The notes: generated by a model not told the origin, from the letters alone. A DNA stretch of 63,700 bases, filler included, from Bacteroidales bacterium (GCA_035389045.1; 3 parts of 3 records of this genome joined end to end with filler, not necessarily neighbours in it); one strand, 5' to 3'; shown: positions 39,697-49,784, counted from the whole stretch's first letter. Program-made: numbers and translations.

Positions 39697-41874
39697 ATGA
39701 AAAAAATCTGTTTCATTACGGTTTATCTGATATGGATATTAAGCGCAACAGCTCAATCGTATTTTTCAGCCGATTCGAGGCTGTTTTTGGCAGACATGAA
39801 GTTTTGCGGCAATATCAATCGGTCAGCCACAGCAACGATCATGGAAAAATATCCGGTATATAAATTCGGGGATAAATATTATGTATCATGCCTGGCAAAG
39901 ACAATGGGAAATTTTGGCAGAAAAACACTTGAATCCCAGGGCATTATCACAGGATCTCAAATTGGAAATGTTGTTACCCTGCGTATCCCGCTTGAAGACT
40001 TTAATGAAAAATTATATATTCCGGGCATTTCATACATTGAGATAGCCGGAAAAGCCGCCCCGAACCTCAACCGCGCCATTAAAGATACCCGTACCGACAG
40101 TGTATGGAAGGGAATCATGCTGCCTCAGCCTTTTACAGGAAAAGATGTTTTGATAGGTATTACCGACTGGGGCTTTGATTATACCAACCCCATGTTTTAC
40201 GACACCACCTTGTCCCATACACGCATATTAAAAGCCTGGGATCAGTATCGCAACGCAGGACCTCCGCCGGCAGGTTTTACCTACGGAACGGAAATTGAGG
40301 GTGAAACAAACCTATTACTGACGCAGTGCGATACATTTAATATTTATGAATGGGCCACCCACGGCTCTCATGTGGCCGGCATTTGCGGAGGAAGCGGCGC
40401 CGGAACCCCTTACCGTGGTATTGCCTTTGAAGCAAATTATCTGATGGCCACTATCCTTGTGGATATGGCTGCCGTACTGGATGCCTATAACTGGATGTAC
40501 GATTATGCGCAGAGTGAAGGCAAGCGTCTGGTAATTAACCAGAGCTGGGGATTGTACTGGACTGGAACTCTTGACGGCACATCGCTGCTTAGCCAGGCCA
40601 TCAACCAGTATTCCTCCAACGGGGTAGTTTTTGTTTCAAGCGCCGGCAACAACGGGGATGTGAATATGCATGTAAAACACACCTTCAGCAGCCCCTCCGA
40701 TACCATGAAAACCCAGATCGTATTCGACAACTACAGTTATTACCCGAAAATGTGGGGACAATCCGTCACAATTTGGGGCGAAGCGGGTAACAGATTTGAT
40801 ATTTCAATTAAAGTCCTGAACAGTCTGAATGAGATCATTGCTGCTACACCGGTATATTCTTCTGATGATACAGCCTCTTATACTACCGGACAGATCATTA
40901 TCGGCTCCGACACTGTTTTTTATAACCTTGCCTCCGATTCGGCGAATCCGCTTAACAACCGTCCGCACATGCGTCTTCGTGTGCAAAACCTGCGTACCTC
41001 CCTCTATAAAATTGCCCTTTTTGCCAACGCTCCTGCCGGTACCATCCATTGCTGGAATATCATCGAGCTTACCAACGATGTCGGCAACTGGGGATCACCA
41101 TTCAATGCGCTGTTAACAGGTTGGAAAAACGGTGATTACTATTCAGGCATCAGTGAGCCCGCATGTACGCAAAGTGTGATCACGGTAGCAGCACATATGT
41201 CAGAATTGGAACTTCCCAACGGCAACATCGTGGGAGGCAGCATTGCCGCTTTCTCAAGTTATGGGCCTACTTACGACGGAAGGCTCAAACCCGATATTTC
41301 TGCTCCCGGGGTCAATGCCATTTCCTCTGTTTCGTCCTTTACCAACCAGGCGCTTTCTTCGCCTGCTGCTACCGTTTCCTTCGGAGGACGCTCATACCAG
41401 TTTGTACCCTTCTCGGGGACATCCATGTCGTCGCCCATGGTCACCGGTATCGTGGCACTGATGTTGCAGGCCAATCCGGCTCTTACACCCCAGCAGGTAA
41501 AAGACATCATTATCACAACAGCCCGCGAAGACATCCGCACCGGAATCATCCCTGATACGGGAAGCCTGCGGTGGGGATGGGGAAAAATTCATGCATGGAA
41601 CGCGGTAAGGATGGCTTATGCCGGTATTGCAGAAAACAAGACTATTGATAATTATATTATATATCCCAACCCCGCAGCAGATATCCTTCATATCATAGGC
41701 GATACCGGAGAACAGTCATTACAAATAAATATATATAACACCTTTGGTTCCCTCGTGTTTTCAAAACCCACACAGAACCAAACACTTGATGTCGGAAAAC
41801 TCAGCCCCGGCGTTTATCTGATGGATATAACCAACGGAAAAAAAAGAACCCAAAGAAAACTTGTCAAGTTATAA
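39697..41874 (+). CDS. S8 subtilisin-like serine peptidase, T9SS type A substrate
   Basis: Triad motifs 'ITDWG', 'HGSHVAG', 'GTSMSSP'; 'AGN' oxyanion; CTD 'IYPNP…GVY…KLVK'. Confidence 0.93.
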   Translation: MKKICFITVYLIWILSATAQSYFSADSRLFLADMKFCGNINRSATATIMEKYPVYKFGDKYYVSCLAKTMGNFGRKTLESQGIITGSQIGNVVTLRIPLEDFNEKLYIPGISYIEIAGKAAPNLNRAIKDTRTDSVWKGIMLPQPFTGKDVLIGITDWGFDYTNPMFYDTTLSHTRILKAWDQYRNAGPPPAGFTYGTEIEGETNLLLTQCDTFNIYEWATHGSHVAGICGGSGAGTPYRGIAFEANYLMATILVDMAAVLDAYNWMYDYAQSEGKRLVINQSWGLYWTGTLDGTSLLSQAINQYSSNGVVFVSSAGNNGDVNMHVKHTFSSPSDTMKTQIVFDNYSYYPKMWGQSVTIWGEAGNRFDISIKVLNSLNEIIAATPVYSSDDTASYTTGQIIIGSDTVFYNLASDSANPLNNRPHMRLRVQNLRTSLYKIALFANAPAGTIHCWNIIELTNDVGNWGSPFNALLTGWKNGDYYSGISEPACTQSVITVAAHMSELELPNGNIVGGSIAAFSSYGPTYDGRLKPDISAPGVNAISSVSSFTNQALSSPAATVSFGGRSYQFVPFSGTSMSSPMVTGIVALMLQANPALTPQQVKDIIITTAREDIRTGIIPDTGSLRWGWGKIHAWNAVRMAYAGIAENKTIDNYIIYPNPAADILHIIGDTGEQSLQINIYNTFGSLVFSKPTQNQTLDVGKLSPGVYLMDITNGKKRTQRKLVKL

Positions 41875-42120
41875 ACCTGAGTTCGGGATAAATAAATCAT
41901 TTTTGTTTTGTCAAAACACAGATTATTAAATTGATAGTATTTGCCGTAAGCAATTCATATCAATAGAAAATCAAAAATGTGCAGCATATTTTGTCCGTAG
42001 GACATAAACCATATTCAATGTTAATCTCCTGACGGAGAATAAATGTTTCTGTTATTTGTTTTCAATTGATATTTAAATCCTAACGGATTAAGATACTATG
42101 TTCTTAACCCGAACTCAAGT
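41875..42120. mobile_element. MITE-like element with terminal inverted repeats and short target-site duplication
   Basis: ACCTGAGTTCGGGATAA … TTAACCCGAACTCAAGT; TATAA on both sides (41870-41874, 42121-42125). Confidence 0.75.
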
Positions 42121-42195
42121 TATAAATAAAGGGATATCCTGTTTTGTTTCTATTCAAAAAAAAAATTTCAGATGGCTGAATCTGCATCAGGTGAT

Positions 42196-42792
42196 TTATA
42201 ACACCAACTGTATCATTCCGTTACGTGTTTTGGATTCACCGCTCAGTGTCTGGTAGGTAACCACATAATAATAATAGGCAGCCGGCATCAGCACCCCATT
42301 GTAATATCCATCCCATGCTGCATTTGTGCTGTTGGAAAAGAACATACTATGGTTATCCTTATCATAGATATTCAGGGAATAATTTTCCTGGCTGATCACT
42401 GAGAAAAAAGGATGCCAGGTATCATTATCGCCATCCTGGTTTGGAGTAAACGAATTTGGAATATAGCAATCGCTGCCTTCGAAAAGAATCAGCACTTCAA
42501 ATATGAATTCCTGTGAATGTGTGGCAATTTTCACAATATAATTACCTTCTTCAGTGATACTGATCAATGGGGTTGTATATCCGCCAGGCGTCCAGAAATA
42601 AGTAATGGCATCCGTCATGGTAGCATCAAGGGTAAGGATGGTGCTTTCATTCAGGGTGTGAACGGTATAAGAGGAATTCACTTTCAGTGTATCGTAGCGA
42701 GTTTCAGGTGATGGCGCATCCTGTTTTTTACAGGAAAAAAACAACATTGCTGACAACGATAAGTAAATAAATATGCTGAAAAATTTTTTCAT
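42196..42792 (-). CDS. Small lipoprotein with T9SS type B (gliding-motility-associated) C-terminal domain
   Basis: Lipobox 'LFFSC-KK'; 'YIPNSFTPNQDGDNDTW…IYD…WDG..NG…YYY…G.IQL'. Confidence 0.85.
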   Translation of the reverse strand: MKKFFSIFIYLSLSAMLFFSCKKQDAPSPETRYDTLKVNSSYTVHTLNESTILTLDATMTDAITYFWTPGGYTTPLISITEEGNYIVKIATHSQEFIFEVLILFEGSDCYIPNSFTPNQDGDNDTWHPFFSVISQENYSLNIYDKDNHSMFFSNSTNAAWDGYYNGVLMPAAYYYYVVTYQTLSGESKTRNGMIQLVL

Positions 42793-42819
42793 AATTTCAG
42801 ACCTGAGACAATTCAGTAC

Positions 42820-44514
42820 CTAAAACTGAAGACGGACATTAATGCCGGCATAATCAATAATCCCAAAATTATTCATTATTACCCTTTTCATAGGCACTCC
42901 GGAATGAATATTTATGATAACATTATCTTTCATATTAAACCCTAAGACCAGCCCTGCATTGGTAAGATTCTTAAATTCAGTGCCAAACAACAACCATTTC
43001 CTGTAAGTAAACAACATGCCCGGAGTAAAGTTGAAGATTCTTTCATTGTACTTCAATTCCAGGGCAGGAAGCATACCAAAATTATCGCTGATTTTGTAAT
43101 TGTATCCGGCAGCCAGCAGATATTCACGGGGAATAGTGTTTGAACTGATTACGCCGATATCCGGCGAGGTAAGATGAATGGCTGAAACGCCCACATACAA
43201 TGATTTCCAGCTATACCAAACGCCCACTCCAAGGTCAAGATTGTTTTTTGTGGTCCTGCCTGAAAAAACTTCCGATGTGCCAAACACAAAGCCATGGTTC
43301 TCATCAATCATATCGGGAAAACTCAGGTTGTCTTTGTTGATGTCACTTGAATAGTATGAAAGTGAAGCCCCAATACGTAAATTATGGTATCTCGCCAGGT
43401 TGAACCGGTATGAAAAAGTCACATCAACGGCTATTAATCCTTCCGCACCTCCGATAAACCTTCTGTAATTGGCACCTATACCACAGTTTTTCCTCTTTCC
43501 GAAATTAAAATCATAGGCGATACGGTATTCAAAAGGCACATTAAAATCGTTACCCGGCTTATAAAGCGGCTTATAAACCATTGTAGAAACATTGATGGTA
43601 TGACGTTGATTAAACCCCGTATAGGCAGGATTCACCGCAAAATTGTTCACCACGCCAACTTTATAATCCGGCACAGCTTCCATATTTTTATTCTTGGCAG
43701 CATTCGAATTCTTACGGTTTTGCTTTTTACCGGCTGACGCATTTTCTGCATTATAATCATCTATCACACTTGAATAACCCAGGGTGTCTGTTACTAAATT
43801 GTCGTTATTGACAGCTTGAGATATATTGTTTATTACCCGGTCTTCATTCGGATGAATCAGGTTCTGATCAATTTTAACGCCGTTGACATAACTTTGATCA
43901 ACAATTTCAGATTTTGCCAGTTCAACTTCTACAATTTCTTCTTCTTTTATAATATCTCTTGGATCAAAGTTGAAAGTCTTATCAAAGGAAGGTGAAGAAG
44001 CGGGTTCATGAACCGCAGTAAATTGAACAGTTTTCTTTTCAATGACAGGATTCTTTTTCGACGTCTTTACTGTATTATTCTCTAATAAAGATGTATTATC
44101 CCGACTGCCGGAAGAAATACCCCTATCCTGCACCCTGCTTTTATAAACATTCGGTGATGATTTCTCAACATTATTGCTTTCACTGTTATTAGCAGGGGAT
44201 ACTGTTTTTGAATTATATTCAGTTTTCAGTATAGGATTGGCAGGTGGCGTATATAAAGCAAGCTGCGCTGCGTCTGAATTGGTCTGACGATCTCTTTCAG
44301 AGAGTACATAAGTAATAATTCCTGTAGAAACAAGGAATATGGCAGAAATGATTATGATAATATTAGTGATATTGGTTCCGGAGTTTTTAAAACCTGCATT
44401 TCGTGGATTTACAATAGCAGATTTCATCATCTGCCAGTGCTCAGGAACAAATTCTGGTTCGTAACTGCCTAGTCTTTCCCGGAATAAATCGTCTATCTGA
44501 TTTTTTTTATCCAT
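42820..44514 (-). CDS. Anti-sigma-like N-terminus + TM helix + long polar linker + PorP/SprF-family beta-barrel
   Basis: N-terminal 'IDDLFRERL..YEP….HW', TM about aa 50-72, low-complexity linker; then 'NPAYTG', 'LSFPDMID…GF', 'DLGVGVWY', 'YVGVSA.HL..P', terminal Phe. Confidence 0.75.
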   Translation of the reverse strand: MDKKNQIDDLFRERLGSYEPEFVPEHWQMMKSAIVNPRNAGFKNSGTNITNIIIIISAIFLVSTGIITYVLSERDRQTNSDAAQLALYTPPANPILKTEYNSKTVSPANNSESNNVEKSSPNVYKSRVQDRGISSGSRDNTSLLENNTVKTSKKNPVIEKKTVQFTAVHEPASSPSFDKTFNFDPRDIIKEEEIVEVELAKSEIVDQSYVNGVKIDQNLIHPNEDRVINNISQAVNNDNLVTDTLGYSSVIDDYNAENASAGKKQNRKNSNAAKNKNMEAVPDYKVGVVNNFAVNPAYTGFNQRHTINVSTMVYKPLYKPGNDFNVPFEYRIAYDFNFGKRKNCGIGANYRRFIGGAEGLIAVDVTFSYRFNLARYHNLRIGASLSYYSSDINKDNLSFPDMIDENHGFVFGTSEVFSGRTTKNNLDLGVGVWYSWKSLYVGVSAIHLTSPDIGVISSNTIPREYLLAAGYNYKISDNFGMLPALELKYNERIFNFTPGMLFTYRKWLLFGTEFKNLTNAGLVLGFNMKDNVIINIHSGVPMKRVIMNNFGIIDYAGINVRLQF

Positions 44515-45076
44515 TTACTACTGACTCCTTTTTTTTAAGTTTTTGGATTCGGCTCATTAGAATCCGGCGGGCATTGAGTAAATGCCACTGAGAAGTGCTT
44601 TCGGTAATGTTCAGTATTTCGCCGATTTCTTTATGATTGTAATTTTCAAAAACATACATATTAAAAACAGAGCGGCTTGCAGGAGGCAAGTCTTCTATCA
44701 TCCTGATCAGGTCTTCTTCACCGAGTTTACTTACAGCATCATTCTCAATATGCACCGAGTCATTATTGATATTGAGAGGAACGGTATTATAATAACGGTT
44801 TTTTTCAAACCTGATCTTGTCGAGCGCTGTATTAACCATGACTTTCCTTATCCAGGCATTCAGATATTCGCCTTCTCCTTTGTACTTTTCCATGTTCTGA
44901 AAAACTTTCAGGAATCCGGTATTCAGTATCTCTACTGCATCATCGCTGTTTTTTGCGTACCGAAGACAAATATTCATCATCTGCCCGTAAAACATTTTAT
45001 ACATTTTTTCCTGAGCGAACGAATTCCCGTCCCTGCATAATTTTATCAACTCCTTCAGCTCTTTCCCGGGATTCAT
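44507..45076 (-). CDS. ECF RNA polymerase sigma factor
   Basis: Region 2 'CLRY…DA.EI…GF.KVF…AWIRKVMVN..LD'; region 4 'LP..SR.VFN….E…H.EI…L.I.ESTS..HL..AR'. Confidence 0.95.
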   Translation of the reverse strand: MNPGKELKELIKLCRDGNSFAQEKMYKMFYGQMMNICLRYAKNSDDAVEILNTGFLKVFQNMEKYKGEGEYLNAWIRKVMVNTALDKIRFEKNRYYNTVPLNINNDSVHIENDAVSKLGEEDLIRMIEDLPPASRSVFNMYVFENYNHKEIGEILNITESTSQWHLLNARRILMSRIQKLKKKESVVNG

Positions 45077-45142
45077 ATGCTCAATTTAATTAATAAACGC
45101 ATTCTTTATAAAAAGACTTGGTTAAACAGGTGTTTTTATTCC

Positions 45143-45200
45143 AGACGTGATAACTCATAAAATGGTTGTACCACGTTGCCAGGGATTTAATGCAAATATA
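45143..45200 (-). promoter_or_regulatory. Candidate ECF-type promoter (CAACC-N16-CGTCT) with an upstream sigma-A -7 box
   Basis: Minus strand: TATATTTG (45200-45193), then CAACC (45168-45164), a 16-nt spacer, and CGTCT (45147-45143). Confidence 0.5.
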
Positions 45201-45209
45201 AGAAAAAAA

Positions 45210-46169
45210 CTAGAGAATATCCTTGTTTTCACAGGGGAAACCGGATGAATTTTTAAGTCTGGAAACAAACTCCATAGATACATAATTATCGTAACTTTTG
45301 CAGACATCCGTGGCAAATTCAATGGCCGTAGTGATCATTTTTTCATATTCCTCCAGCGAAAGCTGCTGCAGTTTCATTTTATCAATGTGGTTTGTATACA
45401 GCCAATATGCCATACCTGCAGTGAATGTGTCGCCTGCACCTACTGTGCTTAAGGGTTTTACACCAATCGCCGGAAGGTGGTTTTGAAAGTTCGTTGTATG
45501 TAAATCCACACCGTAACGGTTACGGGTATATATCATTGATTTACAGCCCTTGTTATTTAATACCGAATAAGTTGTCTCGGCATCTTCTGTCTGAAAAATA
45601 TTTTTAAAATCTTCATCTGAGCCTTTGGTTATATCGGCATTTGAAATATTTTCCTCAATATAGGGTTTCAGTTGACCGAGTAATTTCAGGTGGGCCTGTC
45701 TGAAATTTGGATCATACACAATCACAGCATTATTATTCCTGCAGGCGCTGACAAATTCTGAAACCATAGCCCGTATCTCCGGTTTTATTGCATAATAGGA
45801 GCCATACAGCAATATATCATCCTGCTGCAGAATTGGGAAGTTGATGAATGGTTTGTCTTCGATCCTGATTTTATAAAAAGAATAATCGGCATTGTTTTTT
45901 TCATCCAGAAATGCCAGTGCAATGCGCGATTTGGCATTGGTGTACATGGTAATATAAGTAGTATCTACATTATTATCCTGCAGAAATTTTTTTATAATGT
46001 TTCCGACCCTGTCGTTGGCAAAATCCCCTACAAAATACACCGGCAGCCCGAGGCGTCCGAGCGTAACGGCAACATTAAGCATAGCCCCTCCCGGTTTGGC
46101 TTCCACAGGTTTCTCATTTTTAAAAATAATATCATAAACAGCTTCTCCGAAACAGTATATTTTCCGCAT
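45210..46169 (-). CDS. PfkB family carbohydrate kinase (fructokinase-like)
   Basis: 'PGGAMLNVA', 'YDPNFR', 'STVGAGDTF.AG'. Confidence 0.92.
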   Translation of the reverse strand: MRKIYCFGEAVYDIIFKNEKPVEAKPGGAMLNVAVTLGRLGLPVYFVGDFANDRVGNIIKKFLQDNNVDTTYITMYTNAKSRIALAFLDEKNNADYSFYKIRIEDKPFINFPILQQDDILLYGSYYAIKPEIRAMVSEFVSACRNNNAVIVYDPNFRQAHLKLLGQLKPYIEENISNADITKGSDEDFKNIFQTEDAETTYSVLNNKGCKSMIYTRNRYGVDLHTTNFQNHLPAIGVKPLSTVGAGDTFTAGMAYWLYTNHIDKMKLQQLSLEEYEKMITTAIEFATDVCKSYDNYVSMEFVSRLKNSSGFPCENKDIL

Positions 46170-46275
46170 GACTTTTTGCCGTCAAAAATACTGTTTAAAA
46201 ATGAAAGAAGGGTGATGTCTGAATAAGAAATTGTTTTGATTTTATCTTTTCATATCTTTATGCGTCTTTTTTGCT

Positions 46276-46375
46276 NNNNNNNNNNNNNNNNNNNNNNNNN
46301 NNNNNNNNNNNNNNNNNNNTTAATTAATTAANNNNNNNNNNNNNNNNNNNNNNNNNNNNNNNNNNNNNNNNNNNN
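46276..46375. other. Artificial contig linker (N44-TTAATTAATTAA-N44)
   Basis: Same structure as 23099-23198. Confidence 0.95.
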
Positions 46376-46649
46376 ATTATTAATTTATACTTTGTGAAAA
46401 GAGAATCAATTTAGTACCCATTAATCTCAAAGAGCAATTTGATTTTTGTCACCCGCATAACCGGCATTGGCAGACAGGGTGCCCTTACAGGATGTTGCAA
46501 CTATGGAGCTCGTTGCAGGATTAAAAAATGATAAAATTCAAACTTTACTGATATTTTTTTTAAAGTTTTTATAATAAATTGGTAATTTATTAAGGAAAGT
46601 CTATCTTTGCACCTTCAAAAAAAAGAATATTATAAAAACGTTGTAAGAT

Positions 46650-49600
46650 ATGCAAAACAAAGGAGTTTTCAGGTTTTTAGCGATTTTGATCGCGCTGGTA
46701 TGTTTATTTCAGCTCTCATTTACTTTATGTACGCGAATGGTTGAAAAAGATGCTAAAGAATTTGCTTTAAGCGGTAATGTTGACAGCCTCGCCAAAGCGA
46801 TGGCCAAAGGAATCCCTGAAATGGAGATGTACTATAAAGACTCCATAGTCAACAAGAGGGAACAACATTATCTGGATTCAATGTCGGGCGAGGTAGTATA
46901 TAATTTTGCGTGGATACGTAAATATTCCTACAAAGACTGTAAAGCACGTGAAATAAATCTCGGGCTTGACCTTAAAGGCGGTATGAATGTTACCCTCGAA
47001 GTGTCCATTCCCGATATCATCAGAGCATTGGCCAGCAACTCCAAAGATCCTTTCTTTAATAAAGTGATGGATGATGCCGTTGAAATGCAAAAAAACAGTT
47101 CTGCCGATTTTGTTTCATTATTTGAAGCTTCTTTTAAAAAGAACAATACCGCTAATGCCAAACTAGCGTCTTTCTTCATAGTCGGACTAAAAGACAAAAT
47201 CAATTTTAACACTTCCGATGAAGATGTTCTGAAAGCCATACGTATTGAAACCGATGGCGCCGTTGACCGGACCTTTAATATTTTGCGTACCCGTATCGAC
47301 CGCTTTGGCGTTGCCCAGCCCAATATCCAGAAATTATCGGGATCAGGAAGGATCCTGATCGAATTGCCCGGGATAAAAGAACCCGAACGTGTCAGAAAAC
47401 TTCTTCAGGGAACTGCCCAATTGGGATTTTGGGAAACCTATGAATATAAAGATGTTTACGGATTCCTGGAACAGGCCGATAAAAAATTGAAAGCAGTTCT
47501 GTCTTCAGGTGATTCTCTTGAAATAAAAGACAGCACTAATGTTTCAGAAGGCGATTCGGTCACGAAAGAAGAGGTGGCTGTTACAGAAGAAAAAAAAGAC
47601 ACATCCCTCACAGAAACGGCCATAAGCGATTCGGCAAAAGATACCACGGGGCAGGGTCAGCAATCGTTTGAGGAATATGCAGCTGAACATCCGCTTCTTG
47701 CATACTTACAGCCGGCTTTAATACAGGATGAAGCAGGGAATTATTATCCCAATAAAGGCCCGGTCATTGGTTATTGCCAGTCATTTGATACCAACCGCGT
47801 TATGACGATGTTGCGCAATCCGCAGATTCAGACCATATTTCCGCGCGAAATCCGTTTTATGTGGAGTGTCAAAGCCATTGACGAAAAAGGCGCCACGCAT
47901 CAGCTGATAGCCCTCAAATCCTCACGCGACGGCACGGCAGCACTGGCCGGCGATGTCATTGTAGATGCCCGTCAGGATATTGATCAGCAACAGGGTAACC
48001 AGATATCAATGAGTATGAACTCCGAAGGAGCCTCCATCTGGAAGAATCTGACGGCTAATAACATAGGGAAATCAGTCGCTATTGTTCTTGATAACCTCGT
48101 ATATTCATACCCCACAGTGCAGGGTGAAATACCCAACGGACAATCATCAATAACCGGAAATTTCACACTGGAGGAAGCCAAAGACCTTGCCAATATTCTT
48201 AAAGCCGGAAAACTACCCGCCCCGACAAAAATTGTTGAAGAAGCCGTCGTAGGTCCATCGCTGGGTAAAGAAGCCATTAATGCAGGTTTGCTGTCTTTTA
48301 TCATTGCTTTTGTGCTCGTACTGATCTATATGGCGCTGTATTACAATACTGCCGGATTAGTGGCCGATACAGCCCTGCTGGTTAATGTTTTCTTCCTCAT
48401 GGGCGTTTTGGCCTCTCTGGGCGCCACCCTCACCTTACCCGGCATTGCCGGTATTGTACTCACCATGGGTATGGCCGTGGACGCTAACGTTATTATTTAT
48501 GAGCGTATCAAGGAGGAGGTAAGAGCCGGAAAGGGTATGAAACTGGCAATTGCAGACGGATACAAACATGCCTATTCGGCCATCATCGACGGTAATGTTA
48601 CCACCATATTGACCGGTATCGTATTGTTTATATTTGGAACCGGCCCCATTCAGGGTTTTGCTACTACACTTATCATCGGTATCCTCACCTCTCTGTTTAC
48701 CGCTATTTTCTTGTCGCGTTTGATCTTCGAAGGCCTGAGCGCCAAAAACCGTGCGATTAAATTCGGGAACAAATACACCATCAATGCTTTCACCAATACG
48801 AAGATAAAGTTTATTGAAATTCGTAAAAAGCTGTATATTGTTTCTTTGTCGATCATTGTCATCGGTATTATCTCTCTTTTTGTCAGAGGTATGAATTTTG
48901 GTATTGACTTTACCGGAGGACGTACTTATGTGGTTCGTTTTGACAAGGATGTAAAAACCAATGACATACGCACTTTACTCGAAAAATCTTTTGGACAAAC
49001 CCCCGAGGTAAAGACTTTCGGGCCGGGTAACCAGGTGAAAGTCACCACAAAATATATGATTGATAACACCGATAAGGCAACGGATTCCATAGTGGAAAGC
49101 AAACTGTATGAAGGTTTGAAAACTGTTTATACAGCCCCGATCACCAGGGATGAGTTCCTGAGCGATAATGCCGGCAAATTGCTGGGGAAATTGAGCTCCA
49201 ATAAAGTCGGGCCAACCATTGCCGACGATATTAAATTATCGTCACTCTATGCCCTTATTATTGCGCTGTTTGCTATATTTGTATATATAGCAATCCGTTT
49301 TAAGAAATGGCAATTCGGACTTGGCGGTGTGATTTCATTAACCCATGACACATTAATTGTTATATCCATGTATTCGCTGTTCTGGGGATTATTGCCTTTC
49401 GGAATGGAGGTTGACCAGGCATTTATTGCCGCTATTCTTACCATTATCGGATACTCTATTAACGACTCTGTGATCATCTTCGACAGGATCAGGGAATACA
49501 CCGGGCTTTATCCCAAACGCGACATAAAAGAAAACATGAATGCCGCCATGAACAGCACCCTGGGCCGAACCATTAATACCGCCGGAACAACATTGATTAC

Positions 49601-49784
49601 ACTGTTTGCCATATTTATACTGGGTGGTGAAATGATCAGGGGATTCATTTTTGCATTATTAGTGGGTATTCTTGTCGGTACGTATTCTTCCATCTTTAAT
49701 GCCACACCTGTCGCATATGATTTATTAATCTGGCAGCAAAGGCGAAAAGAAAAGAAAGCGTTGAAACTTCAGGCGAAAAAATAA
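46650..49784 (+). CDS. secDF: Protein translocase subunit SecDF (fused)
   Basis: 'LGLDLKGG', 'RIDRFGV', 'GMAVDANV', 'GIDFTGG', 'GYSINDSV..FDRIRE'. Confidence 0.97.
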   Translation: MQNKGVFRFLAILIALVCLFQLSFTLCTRMVEKDAKEFALSGNVDSLAKAMAKGIPEMEMYYKDSIVNKREQHYLDSMSGEVVYNFAWIRKYSYKDCKAREINLGLDLKGGMNVTLEVSIPDIIRALASNSKDPFFNKVMDDAVEMQKNSSADFVSLFEASFKKNNTANAKLASFFIVGLKDKINFNTSDEDVLKAIRIETDGAVDRTFNILRTRIDRFGVAQPNIQKLSGSGRILIELPGIKEPERVRKLLQGTAQLGFWETYEYKDVYGFLEQADKKLKAVLSSGDSLEIKDSTNVSEGDSVTKEEVAVTEEKKDTSLTETAISDSAKDTTGQGQQSFEEYAAEHPLLAYLQPALIQDEAGNYYPNKGPVIGYCQSFDTNRVMTMLRNPQIQTIFPREIRFMWSVKAIDEKGATHQLIALKSSRDGTAALAGDVIVDARQDIDQQQGNQISMSMNSEGASIWKNLTANNIGKSVAIVLDNLVYSYPTVQGEIPNGQSSITGNFTLEEAKDLANILKAGKLPAPTKIVEEAVVGPSLGKEAINAGLLSFIIAFVLVLIYMALYYNTAGLVADTALLVNVFFLMGVLASLGATLTLPGIAGIVLTMGMAVDANVIIYERIKEEVRAGKGMKLAIADGYKHAYSAIIDGNVTTILTGIVLFIFGTGPIQGFATTLIIGILTSLFTAIFLSRLIFEGLSAKNRAIKFGNKYTINAFTNTKIKFIEIRKKLYIVSLSIIVIGIISLFVRGMNFGIDFTGGRTYVVRFDKDVKTNDIRTLLEKSFGQTPEVKTFGPGNQVKVTTKYMIDNTDKATDSIVESKLYEGLKTVYTAPITRDEFLSDNAGKLLGKLSSNKVGPTIADDIKLSSLYALIIALFAIFVYIAIRFKKWQFGLGGVISLTHDTLIVISMYSLFWGLLPFGMEVDQAFIAAILTIIGYSINDSVIIFDRIREYTGLYPKRDIKENMNAAMNSTLGRTINTAGTTLITLFAIFILGGEMIRGFIFALLVGILVGTYSSIFNATPVAYDLLIWQQRRKEKKALKLQAKK

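Noticed and set aside
46376..46530. Possible structured RNA upstream of secDF (TGCAAC…GTTGCA hairpin)
   Set aside because: No recognisable riboswitch or ncRNA consensus; it lies upstream of the likely promoter box near 46602 and at a contig start
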